From an uncultured Planctomycetales bacterium (GTDB lineage Bacteria; Planctomycetota; Planctomycetia; Pirellulales; S012-138), in assembly GCA_937927735.1 (NCBI GenBank), contig CALBRZ010000133.1, positions 71,903 through 135,902 of the forward strand: DNA of 64,000 nucleotides, in the 5' to 3' direction. The translations under genes and the position numbers were made by a program. Shown here one piece after another: positions 36,967 through 45,791 of this stretch. The notes under the pieces were generated by a model. It saw only the letters and a list, made by a program, of their open reading frames with translations. It was not told the DNA's origin and ran no database searches. The stretch's first letter is position 1. Each line of letters begins with the position of its first letter.

Positions 36967-38643
36967 CTACTGCTTTGGTTTACGCAGCGCCTTGCCGGCC
37001 AACACGTCGGTCGGCTTGCCGGCGTCGATTGCAAGTTGTCCATTCACCAACACGTACTCCACGCCCTCGGAATGCAGGAACGGTTCCTGGTAGGTGGCGT
37101 GGTCAATCAGCGTGTCGGGATTGATCACCGCAATATCGGCGGCCAGACCTTCCTTGATGTAACCGCGATCCTTCATGCCCAGGATGTCGGCCGGCAGACC
37201 GCTGCAACTGCGAATGGCCTGTTCCAGCGGCATCACCTTTTCGCGGATCACGTAGCGGCCGAGCTTGCGGGGGAACGTGCCGTAGCTGCGCGGGTGGGGC
37301 TTGCTGCCGTCCTTCACCTTGAGCGAACCATCGCTGGCGGTGACCACCCAGGGAAGCTGCATCACAAAACGGACATCCTCCTCGTTCATGGCGAAGCTCA
37401 CGGCCGAAGCCCCGCCATTGCTTAGGATTTCTTCGCCAATGTCGGCCGGCGAGCGTCCCTCTTTTTCGGCGATCGCGGTGATCATCTGGCCCGACCACTC
37501 CGGCTTAGGGCGATACGACGCGATTTGAATGGCCACCCGTTCGGTCAATCGCTTTTCAATTTCGCGGCGCAGCTTGGGCTGCAAGTTCGGGTCCTTGAAC
37601 CGCTTGGCCAGATCCGCGTTGGTGCCTTCGCGCAGTTCGCTGGGCAGCAGCATCGCGGCCAGCGACGTGCTCGAAGCGGTGTACGGGTACTGGTCGGCGG
37701 TGACCACCTGGCCCGCTTCGCGAGCTTGCTCGATCAATCGCGCCGCCACGCGCACGTTGCCCCAGGCGGCCCGGCCCGAGGCCTTGAAGTGCGAAACGTG
37801 CACCGGCAGGTTGGCTTCCTTGCCGATCTGAATGGCCTCGGTCACAGCATCAATCAACGTGGTACCTTCGCCGCGAATGTGGCTGGCATAGATACCACCG
37901 TGTTTGCTGACCACCTTGGCCAGGGAGACGATCTCCTTGGTGTCGGCGTAGGCGCCCGGCACGTAGATCAGACCGGTGCTCATGCCCCAGGCGCCGGCCT
38001 GCATGCCTTGCTCGACCAGGTCGAGCATCTTCTTGAGTTCGTCGTCGCTGGGCGGGCGATTCACGTTGCCCATCGCCCGGCTGCGGACCGCGCCGGCCGG
38101 GATCAGGTGGACGACGTTCACGCCCACGCCTTGTTCGTCCAGTTGCTTGAGATAGCGGGCTACGTCGACCTGCCCGCCGCCGCAATTGCCGGTGACCAGC
38201 GTGGTGCAGCCTTGCGTGAGGTAATTGCGGCCATTGCGTGTGGCCTTGCCCAACACCGACGAATCGCTGTGGTTGTGCAGGTCGATAAAGCCCGGCACGA
38301 TCAGCAGGCCCGTGCAGTCAATCGTGCGATCGGCCTTCACGTCGCCAAGCTGGCCGACCTGAGCGATACGTTCGCCCTCGACGAGCACGTCGAGCTTTTC
38401 GCCCGGCTTACCGGAACCATCGATCACGGTGCCGCCGCGCAGCAGAATGCGAGCCGGCTTGGCAGCGTCCGCCTGAGCGGCCTTCGCCTCACTCGAAGAT
38501 TGTGCCTTGGTAGATTTTACCGAGGAGTCGGGATCGGCCAGGGCCGAGGCTGCCGTGCCTAGCAGCATCGCCGCCACGGCGACAGCCTTCCAACAGGGAG
38601 AAACCAGAGAACCAAGCGTCGCTTGCCAAGTACGGTTGCGCAT
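36967..38643 (-). CDS. Exported amidohydrolase of the N-acyl-D-amino-acid deacylase (D-aminoacylase) family
   Basis: Internal ATG at 38643 (MRNRTWQATLGSLVSPCWKAVAVAAMLLGTAASALA, a signal peptide). The family N-terminal block reads LLRGGTVIDGSGKPGEKLDVLVEGERIAQVG..GLLIVPGFIDLHNHSD. Confidence 0.8.
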   Translation of the reverse strand: MRNRTWQATLGSLVSPCWKAVAVAAMLLGTAASALADPDSSVKSTKAQSSSEAKAAQADAAKPARILLRGGTVIDGSGKPGEKLDVLVEGERIAQVGQLGDVKADRTIDCTGLLIVPGFIDLHNHSDSSVLGKATRNGRNYLTQGCTTLVTGNCGGGQVDVARYLKQLDEQGVGVNVVHLIPAGAVRSRAMGNVNRPPSDDELKKMLDLVEQGMQAGAWGMSTGLIYVPGAYADTKEIVSLAKVVSKHGGIYASHIRGEGTTLIDAVTEAIQIGKEANLPVHVSHFKASGRAAWGNVRVAARLIEQAREAGQVVTADQYPYTASSTSLAAMLLPSELREGTNADLAKRFKDPNLQPKLRREIEKRLTERVAIQIASYRPKPEWSGQMITAIAEKEGRSPADIGEEILSNGGASAVSFAMNEEDVRFVMQLPWVVTASDGSLKVKDGSKPHPRSYGTFPRKLGRYVIREKVMPLEQAIRSCSGLPADILGMKDRGYIKEGLAADIAVINPDTLIDHATYQEPFLHSEGVEYVLVNGQLAIDAGKPTDVLAGKALRKPKQ

Positions 38644-38891
38644 TGCAGCCTCGAAGCAGATTGGTACAGAGATTGCGCATGGGGGGTGCCCAACGGGCGC
38701 CCCTATCATAGGGTCGCCCAAAGCGCTCCGCAAACATCGCGATTCGCGCAAAGTACCAACCGCCCTGAACCGCTGAACACGGCAGTCCGACAGAACGAAC
38801 GCGGCCGCGCATTACCGAGAGCCGCGCAGAAGGAGGCGAGGCAGATGAAGTTTGCCCAGACTCGGGCTACCCGACGGGACAGGCAAACGCC

Positions 38892-40574
38892 TTACTTGGG
38901 CGTGCGGGTCAATTGCTCAAGCACGCGAGGGTCGAGCGTCATCGAGTCGGCGTCGGCAATCAGCCCCTCGCTGTGATGCAATACCCGGAGATAGTCATAC
39001 AAACTGGGCAGAGTTTCGCAGAGCAGACGCTGCCGCTGCTTGATCTCGGCGAATACGCCTTCGGCCGCGGCAACCGATGATGGCTTGTGCAGCAGGGCCG
39101 GCAGGGGTTGTTCGGGCACGTGCCCCACCCCCGCGTAGATGCAGTAGTAACTGCCGTTGGTCCAGAAGTTCCGGAACTCGGCGTCGAAGCTGCCGTAGTA
39201 TGTGTTTTCGTCGGTGAACGGCTGGTTGATCGGCAAGCCTGAGCGGTACGTTTCCAGCTTCTCGCGCAGGTTGTCGGTCATGTACAGGTCTTTGTTGGCC
39301 TTCCAGAACGGCGTATCCACGCGCGGCGACACTCGGAAATGCGACTGGATGAAATCGCGTGTGTCGTCGAACATCGCTTCCACTTCGCGGTTGAAGCGGT
39401 CGCGCAACACCGGGTTAAAGGTCTTGTCCGGGAAGTGCTTGGCCAACTGATAGACCGCGGCATAGATGAAGTAGATTCCGGTCGATTCCAGCGGCTCGAG
39501 GAACAGCGACGAGAGCCCGATGCCCACACAGTTGTTCACCCAGCTTCGGCGGTTTCGCCCCACGCGGAACCGAATGCGGTTGAGCTGCGTCTTGTCCGGG
39601 TCGAGCCCCCACAGCCGGCAGAAATCCTGCACGGCTTTGTCTTCGCTACAGAACTGGCTGGAATACACGTAGCCGGAACCGAAGCGGCCCAGCATGGGGA
39701 TCTTCCAGGTCCAGCCCGACTCCATGGCGATCGCCGACGTGTACGGCTCGATGCCGTAGCGCTGGTCGTCGTGGGGTACCGACGCCGCGACGGCGCTGTC
39801 GCACAGCAGGTGGTCGTTCATGTCGAGGAACGGCTCGTTGAGCGCCTTGTTCATCAACAGCGAGCGGAAGCCCGAGCAGTCGATGAACAAATCGCCCGCC
39901 AGCCGGCGGCCGCTCTTGGTCGCCAGGGCCGCGATGTAGCCGCGATTGTCGAACTCGACGTGGCTCAGTTCGTCCTGCACGTGGATGACGCCGAGCTTCC
40001 GGGTGCCGTGGCGGCGAAGGAAATCGGCCACGAGGTGCGCATCGAAGTGCCAGGCATACCGGGTAGCTGCCCGGCCGTCGAACCACCGCGGCGAGCGCTT
40101 GGCATCCATGAACGGCGGCTCGGTAAAGCAGGCGTAATCGAACGCCTCGTTGGTTTGCTGGCGATACCGCCGCAAGAACCAGTAGTGCGACAGTGGCACC
40201 TGGTCGACGCTCGGCAGAATGCCAAAGGGGTGATAAAAGTGGTCGGGGCTGCAACCAATCGAGCGGGGCGACCGGACACCTGGTCCAGGCGTCCGCCAGT
40301 TCACAAACCGTACCGCCGTCTTGAAACTGGCGTTGCACTCCCGCATCCACTCATGTTCGGGGATGCCCAGGTAGTCGAAAAAGACCTTCTGCAGGTTGGG
40401 AACCGTGGCCTCGCCCACGCCGATCTTGCTGATCGTGGGGGTCTCCATCAGCACCACGCGGGCTGTTCCTTGCAGGAACTTGGCCAGGTAACAGGCCGAC
40501 ATCCAGCCAGCCGTGCCGCCACCCAGAATGACAACCGTCTCGATTTGATTGGCACGCGAGGAAGGAGGGGCCAT
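38892..40574 (-). CDS. Flavin-dependent tryptophan halogenase (PrnA/RebH-like)
   Basis: Internal ATG at 40574. The FAD site is [58 protein letters not shown] is near-collinear with the PrnA sequence as I recall it. GWTWKIPM lies at 39693..39716, and [12 protein letters not shown] is also present. Confidence 0.85.
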   Translation of the reverse strand: MAPPSSRANQIETVVILGGGTAGWMSACYLAKFLQGTARVVLMETPTISKIGVGEATVPNLQKVFFDYLGIPEHEWMRECNASFKTAVRFVNWRTPGPGVRSPRSIGCSPDHFYHPFGILPSVDQVPLSHYWFLRRYRQQTNEAFDYACFTEPPFMDAKRSPRWFDGRAATRYAWHFDAHLVADFLRRHGTRKLGVIHVQDELSHVEFDNRGYIAALATKSGRRLAGDLFIDCSGFRSLLMNKALNEPFLDMNDHLLCDSAVAASVPHDDQRYGIEPYTSAIAMESGWTWKIPMLGRFGSGYVYSSQFCSEDKAVQDFCRLWGLDPDKTQLNRIRFRVGRNRRSWVNNCVGIGLSSLFLEPLESTGIYFIYAAVYQLAKHFPDKTFNPVLRDRFNREVEAMFDDTRDFIQSHFRVSPRVDTPFWKANKDLYMTDNLREKLETYRSGLPINQPFTDENTYYGSFDAEFRNFWTNGSYYCIYAGVGHVPEQPLPALLHKPSSVAAAEGVFAEIKQRQRLLCETLPSLYDYLRVLHHSEGLIADADSMTLDPRVLEQLTRTPK

Positions 40575-40847
40575 CAACCGTTGCTCCGCTTGGATGATAA
40601 GAGGGATGCCCGGCAGACCGGACGCCGCCGCGCGTTGCCCCCCGGGGGCGGCCTGGGAGAACAATCGGGCCCAATTGTAGCACGCCACCCACTAGATGGG
40701 CTGCAACCGACCAAGAAAACTGGGAACGACGGGCGAAATCGAAGTTCTGGTCAGTTTGCGACAATTAGGAGAGATTTATCGGTGGTGCGTTCGACGCGCC
40801 CACCGCTGGGCGGTGCGCTTTTGGGAGGCCCTGCTATTATAGGACAT

Positions 40848-40888
40848 CCCCGCTGGCGTGCCCCGGTTGCGCGGATTTCGCCAGCGGG
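40848..40888 (-). terminator. Hairpin after the second halogenase gene
   Basis: A 10-bp stem (cccgctggcg / cgccagcggg) with a 21-nt loop begins 35 nt beyond the stop at 40923. On the minus strand a perfect TATAAT follows (plus-strand 40836..40841). There is no U-tract. Confidence 0.35.
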
Positions 40889-40922
40889 AAATCCCTCTCT
40901 CGCGATCCAAGCGTAAGACGGC

Positions 40923-42179
40923 TCAGGTTGTTTCAGCTTTTGCCTCGGCGTCCATTTCAGCCCGCATCTCGTCCATGTAGGGCCAGAGGACGTCCAGTTC
41001 CTCGCGGAACAAGTCGCCAATCAGCAGGTCGGTGAGGAAGCCCTTGAAGTGCGGATGGCGGTGCACAAACCGGCCGAAGCTGAAGCCGGTGTAATACTCG
41101 CACACCAGACGCCGCATGCGGTTGACGCCGCGCACGTAGTCTTCTTCCCAACTGCGCAGACGCTGCTCGCTGACGTCGCCGGCGGCGAGGGCCTCGGCGA
41201 TGGCATCGGCCGCTAGGGCACCCGACTTCAGCGCCAACAGCACGCCGGACGAGTACAACGGGTCGAGGAAGCCAAACGCGTCGCCCACGAGCACCCAGCC
41301 GTTACCGGCCACCTGGCTGGAACGGTACGAGTATTCCTTCTGCACGCGGAAGATGTCGCACCGTTCGGCGTTGGCGATCAGTGGCTGCAAGCCAGGGCAG
41401 CGGTCCACTTGCCGCTGATAGGCCTTGTCCAGCGGTTCGCCGGGACCGTTGGGGAAGATCTCGCTGTAGTCGGACACAACGCCCACGCTGGTGATGTTGT
41501 CGTGCAGCGGGATATACCAGAACCAGCCCTTCTTGCCCTGGGTCCGCAGCACCAGCGTGGCGCCTTCGTCGCGGCCTTCGCCGCGATAGGCACCGCGCCA
41601 GTACGTCCACAGCGCCATTTTCTTCAGGTCGGGGTCCCAGGTCCGCAGGCCGAGGCGGTCGGTCAAGAGCGTGCTTTGGCCTGAGGCATCGACCACGACC
41701 GAAGCCCGCACTTCGCGTTTGCCTTCTTCGGGGTGCTGGATCCGCACGCCCACCGCGCGGTTATCCTCGAAGATCACTTCGATCACGCGGGTGCCTTCGT
41801 GCACGTCGACGCCATGCTCGCGGGCGTTATCGAGCATGATCTGGTCGAACTCGCTGCGGCGGACTTGCCAGGTTTGCGACTCCTCGCCGGGACGGTGTTC
41901 CACAAAGTAAAACGGCTCGGACAGCTTGCCGCGTTCGTTCACGAACTGCACGCTGTACTTCTTGACGAAGTGGCTCCCCTTGAGCTTGGGAAGCATGTTC
42001 AGCCGCTTCAGCACGTCGTAGGTCTTGGGAATCAGCGACTCGCCGATGTGGAACCGCGGGAAGCGGTCGCGTTCAAACAACGTCACCTTGTAGCCGTGTT
42101 GGGCCAGCAGGGTGGAAACCGTACTTCCCGAAGGTCCGCCACCAATGACCACCACGTCGGTCTGAGAAGGAACAGCCAT
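40923..42179 (-). CDS. Second flavin-dependent halogenase-family protein (short, phenol/pyrrole variant-B-like)
   Basis: The FAD site is VVVIGGGPSGS. GWFWYIPL (a WxWxIP motif) lies at 41505..41528. GDAFGFLDPLYSSGV matches the FxxPxxSxG motif. 418 aa. Confidence 0.7.
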   Translation of the reverse strand: MAVPSQTDVVVIGGGPSGSTVSTLLAQHGYKVTLFERDRFPRFHIGESLIPKTYDVLKRLNMLPKLKGSHFVKKYSVQFVNERGKLSEPFYFVEHRPGEESQTWQVRRSEFDQIMLDNAREHGVDVHEGTRVIEVIFEDNRAVGVRIQHPEEGKREVRASVVVDASGQSTLLTDRLGLRTWDPDLKKMALWTYWRGAYRGEGRDEGATLVLRTQGKKGWFWYIPLHDNITSVGVVSDYSEIFPNGPGEPLDKAYQRQVDRCPGLQPLIANAERCDIFRVQKEYSYRSSQVAGNGWVLVGDAFGFLDPLYSSGVLLALKSGALAADAIAEALAAGDVSEQRLRSWEEDYVRGVNRMRRLVCEYYTGFSFGRFVHRHPHFKGFLTDLLIGDLFREELDVLWPYMDEMRAEMDAEAKAETT

Positions 42180-42376
42180 CGCAACCTGCCACGGATGAGG
42201 AGTCGAGTCAGCGTGTTATCAGTTCGCTAAAGGGTTGCGCCGGAGAGTGTCTGCCGCAATGCCATCCGCCGGGTCGTTACCCATCACGCTTCCGCCATTT
42301 GCCTCAGGCGGTAGGCCAGGGAGAGGGGGCGTCTTTCAAGGTCCCTGTAGCGCAGACACTTAGGCGCGTACGGCGC

Positions 42377-42410
42377 ATGATAGCCGTCGAAACATTAGTT
42401 GTCTAGACAA
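42377..42410 (-). promoter_or_regulatory. Sigma-70-type promoter candidate overlapped by a perfect 12-bp palindrome
   Basis: The minus strand reads TAGACA, 17 nt, TATCAT (plus-strand 42400..42405 and 42377..42382). The palindrome TTGTCTAGACAA (42399..42410) covers the -35 element. This is a locally AT-rich island about 200 nt upstream of the halogenase ATG at 42179. Confidence 0.35.
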
Positions 42411-42456
42411 TCATTTATCGGCCGATCCAACCGTTGAACCGGCCTCGCCGGGGGCA

Positions 42457-44508
42457 CTACGCCGATGGTTCGCTGGCGGCCAAGCGCTCTACGTAGTCCC
42501 ACATCTGGCGGATTTCGCGGCGATACCCACCCGAGAGGATCGGGAACCGGCACCAGGTCTTTGGGTCAAGGTTTTCGTCGTCCAGATGGAACGAGGGCGC
42601 GTACCGCTCGCGTTTCCACTGGTTGCGGCACCACAGCCGGAAAAACCGCTCGACCCATTCGGCCAACTGCCGCAGGCTGTGCTTGGGGTAGATCGGCCGC
42701 AGCATCCGGAGCACGTCCAGCGGAACCAACTTGTCGCGGATCGCCAGCCGCTCGATGGCGTCCAGCACATCGTAGGGCATCAGATCCTGCTCGTCGGTCT
42801 GGCCGGCTTCTTGGGGACGCAGCTCAGCCGTGGGAGCCTGGCGGTTGACGGCGGCCAGTTTGGGATACGGCCGCCCGCCGTACGGACCGGTCGTTTCCAG
42901 CCACCGCAGCCACTTGCGCAGAAAGTTCTTGTCGATGCCGGCGATCGGGCAAAGCCCGCCCGAGGTGTCACCGTCCATCGTGGCGTAGCCCACCGCCGCC
43001 TCCGAGCGGTTGCTGGTGGAAAGCAGCAAAGCCCCGCGGAGATTGGCCAACATCCAAACGCTGGGCGAACGGGTACGCGCCTGGATATTCTGCAAGGCGA
43101 TGTCGTCGGTTTCCCAGTTCAACTGCCGGCCGATGGCCTCGGCGATGATCCGCTGGTAGTCCTGCACGACCGAATCGACATCGAAGATCAAGAACTCTGC
43201 CCCCACTTCCTCGGCCGCCAGACGCGCGGCGTCGAGCGTGGTTTGTGAGCTGTTGCGCGTCGGCTGGTAAGCGCAGCTCAGCAGTTGCCGTGTGATGCTT
43301 CGGGCATCGGTCGCGTTCTGGAGTTGTGGGATGTGGGCCAGCTTGGCGCGCAAGCCATCGAGTCCCAGTTCCGCCAACGCGCCTTCGACCATCAAGCCCA
43401 CCAGTGCGGCGCACGCGGCCGAGTCGGCTCCGCCTGAGAGCGAAACCACAAAACCTTTGGAATAGCTCTTGCGCAGGTAGTCGAACAGCGCCAGCCGCAC
43501 CGCCCGGGCAAACTCTTCCTCCTTGACGTGCAGCCCTTCTTCCCAGGGCTGCAAACGAGCCACCGAAGGCTCTGGATCCACATCCGGGTAGGTGAACGGC
43601 ACCTCGACGCACGCCGCTTCGGCCCCGGCCAGGTCGGGCATGTAGCTGGCCAGCCGTTCCTGCTGCATTCGCGTGAGGTCGACATCGATCACCGCCGAGG
43701 TCAGCAGCGTATCGGCGAACGAGAACCGCGGGCCATTGGCGACCAGGCGGCCACCGGTGGCGATCATGGCATCGCCATCGTAGATGGCTCGGCCGGCTTC
43801 GTTGCCCAGCAAGTTGCTGTAGATGTACGTGAGCGCGAACGCCCGAGAACCTTCGAGCACGAAGCGGTGGCGAACCTCGGTCTTGCCGAAGGCAAAATGG
43901 CTGGCCGAGGGATTGAGGATGATATCCACGCCCCGGGCCGACAGTTCGCTGCCGGGCCGCCGGGCCACCCAGGCATCCTCACAGATTTCAAAACCGATCC
44001 GCACCCCGCCGCAATTGAAGTGCACATCGCCGATCGGGTAACTCTGCCCATCGCGAGTCAGCAAGGCCCGATGGTCGCGCGGCCAGGGCTTGAACCAGCG
44101 GGGCTCGTAATGGATGCCGTCGCCGGCCAGGAATCGTTTGGCGACAAAACCAGCGATTTTGCCATCGACCAATAGCGCCGCGGCGTTGAACAGCGCGTTG
44201 TGATACACCAGCGGCAGGCCGACTGAGACGATCATGCCCTGGGTTTCAGGCACGATCTCGCACAGCACCTCCCAGGCCATCTGCTGGACGCCCGGCGAAA
44301 AGAAGGCGTCCTCGCAGCCGTAACCGGTGATGCACAGCTCGGGCAGGCAGAGAATGGACACCCGCTGGCTGCGAGCCTGCTGGATCGCCTGGCGGATATG
44401 CGCAAGGTTGCCGTCCCAGTCCAGCGGCGTCTGGTTCAACACAGCGGCCGCCACTTTGATCAATTGCACGCGTTGCTCCTCACTTCCGGCTGCCGGGCCC
44501 TGGCGCAT
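42457..44508 (-). CDS. nadE: Glutamine-dependent NAD+ synthetase (long form: nitrilase-type domain plus synthetase domain)
   Basis: The N-terminal CN-hydrolase block is SILCLPELCITGYGCEDAFF, and the ATP-PPase motif is VVSLSGGADSA. The start is uncertain; I chose the ATG at 44508, while the track ORF begins at 44583. Confidence 0.85.
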   Translation of the reverse strand: MRQGPAAGSEEQRVQLIKVAAAVLNQTPLDWDGNLAHIRQAIQQARSQRVSILCLPELCITGYGCEDAFFSPGVQQMAWEVLCEIVPETQGMIVSVGLPLVYHNALFNAAALLVDGKIAGFVAKRFLAGDGIHYEPRWFKPWPRDHRALLTRDGQSYPIGDVHFNCGGVRIGFEICEDAWVARRPGSELSARGVDIILNPSASHFAFGKTEVRHRFVLEGSRAFALTYIYSNLLGNEAGRAIYDGDAMIATGGRLVANGPRFSFADTLLTSAVIDVDLTRMQQERLASYMPDLAGAEAACVEVPFTYPDVDPEPSVARLQPWEEGLHVKEEEFARAVRLALFDYLRKSYSKGFVVSLSGGADSAACAALVGLMVEGALAELGLDGLRAKLAHIPQLQNATDARSITRQLLSCAYQPTRNSSQTTLDAARLAAEEVGAEFLIFDVDSVVQDYQRIIAEAIGRQLNWETDDIALQNIQARTRSPSVWMLANLRGALLLSTSNRSEAAVGYATMDGDTSGGLCPIAGIDKNFLRKWLRWLETTGPYGGRPYPKLAAVNRQAPTAELRPQEAGQTDEQDLMPYDVLDAIERLAIRDKLVPLDVLRMLRPIYPKHSLRQLAEWVERFFRLWCRNQWKRERYAPSFHLDDENLDPKTWCRFPILSGGYRREIRQMWDYVERLAASEPSA

Positions 44509-44857
44509 CGAACCGTCTGCCACGACAAGTATATATTGTCGGTCATTCGCCCGTGGAAGGCGATACGCTGCCGCTGCTGCCATCGCCAGCAGCCCGGCAA
44601 CCGGGGGGCCGCCGCTCCCGCTCGCGCGATGCTATCAGGGGCCTATTTGAGGCGTCTGCCGTCAAGAAGAACCGATGTTGCATAAAAAGTCTGATCGGTC
44701 CATGATAGGCCCCCCGCGACACCATCTTGGTGAGTTCGTCAGGCCGACCGCACCGCGCTGCCCAGGCGCTGGGGGCGGGCGCCTCACACCACGCAACGGA
44801 AACAGGCGCTGACTCCCGCGCGCCTGAAGCAAGACCCAAATGCACGGAGGCCTGGGA

Positions 44858-45541
44858 ATGCTGAAGATCTGGTTTGGCAGGCTGTGGACCCTGGGGTTGA
44901 TTTTGTGCCTGGCCGGATGCGGCGGCCAATCCGAGCCCACGGCCGATAACAGCGAAGATACCGGGTCTGTACAATTGCCGGTTACGCCAACGTCGGCCCC
45001 CAACCCGGCTCCGCCCAAGAAAAATCTGTATCCCGAGGTCGTGGTCGAAACCTCGCACGGCTCGTTTGTGCTGCGGCTCGACTCCGAGAAGGCCCCGCTG
45101 ACCGTCGACAACTTCCTCACCTACGTCGATAGCGGCCACTACAACGGCACCATCCTCCACCAGGTTCGGGCCGGCGATATCATCCTGGGCGGCGGTTACA
45201 CCGAGGACTTCACCGAAAAGCCCACCCGGTCGCCCGTGCGGAACGAAGCCGACAACGGTTTGCAGAACGTGCGGGGTACGATCGCCCTGGCCCGGCAACC
45301 GGACGCGATCGACAGTTCCACCTGCCAGTTCTTCATCAACCTGGCCGACAATTCGCACCTGGATCACCACGGCCGTACGCCCGAGGAATACGGCTACTGC
45401 GTGTTCGGTAAGGTGATCGACGGCATGGAGGTGCTCGACCTCATCTCGCAAGTACCGGTCGAAGACAAGATCATCGATGGCGAAACCTTTGTGATGGCGC
45501 CCAAGGAACCGATCGTGATCAAGTCGATGCACCGCCGGTAG
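44858..45541 (+). CDS. Cyclophilin-type peptidyl-prolyl isomerase, lipoprotein
   Basis: GGAGG lies 7 nt upstream of the ATG at 44858. A lipobox LCLAGC is present. The cyclophilin blocks are VVVETSHGSFVLRLDSEKAPLTVDNFLTYV and GTIALAR...DSSTCQFFINL. Confidence 0.85.
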   Translation: MLKIWFGRLWTLGLILCLAGCGGQSEPTADNSEDTGSVQLPVTPTSAPNPAPPKKNLYPEVVVETSHGSFVLRLDSEKAPLTVDNFLTYVDSGHYNGTILHQVRAGDIILGGGYTEDFTEKPTRSPVRNEADNGLQNVRGTIALARQPDAIDSSTCQFFINLADNSHLDHHGRTPEEYGYCVFGKVIDGMEVLDLISQVPVEDKIIDGETFVMAPKEPIVIKSMHRR

Positions 45542-45575
45542 AGCGCCGGAGCTGCGCACTGTTTCCGACTAGCTG

Positions 45576-45618
45576 ACAGCGGCCGTGGGGAAAACAGCCT
45601 CGCGGCCGCTGTTTTTGT
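45576..45618 (+). terminator. Rho-independent terminator after the PPIase gene
   Basis: A perfect 10-bp stem (acagcggccg / cggccgctgt) is followed by ttttgtt. Confidence 0.65.
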
Positions 45619-45791
45619 TCACGCGTTGGCATGCCTGGCGGGGCTGCGTTGTCTGCCACGCTGGCAGCCCTCCTTTCCTTAACAGGTGCTTGATTTGGCC
45701 CCGTCACACCGGGCATCATCGAGGCTTCACGGGGGCCGCGACGTTTGGCCGCGGCCATGCTTTCCTTGCCTCGACAGCTTCAGGTTGTCCC

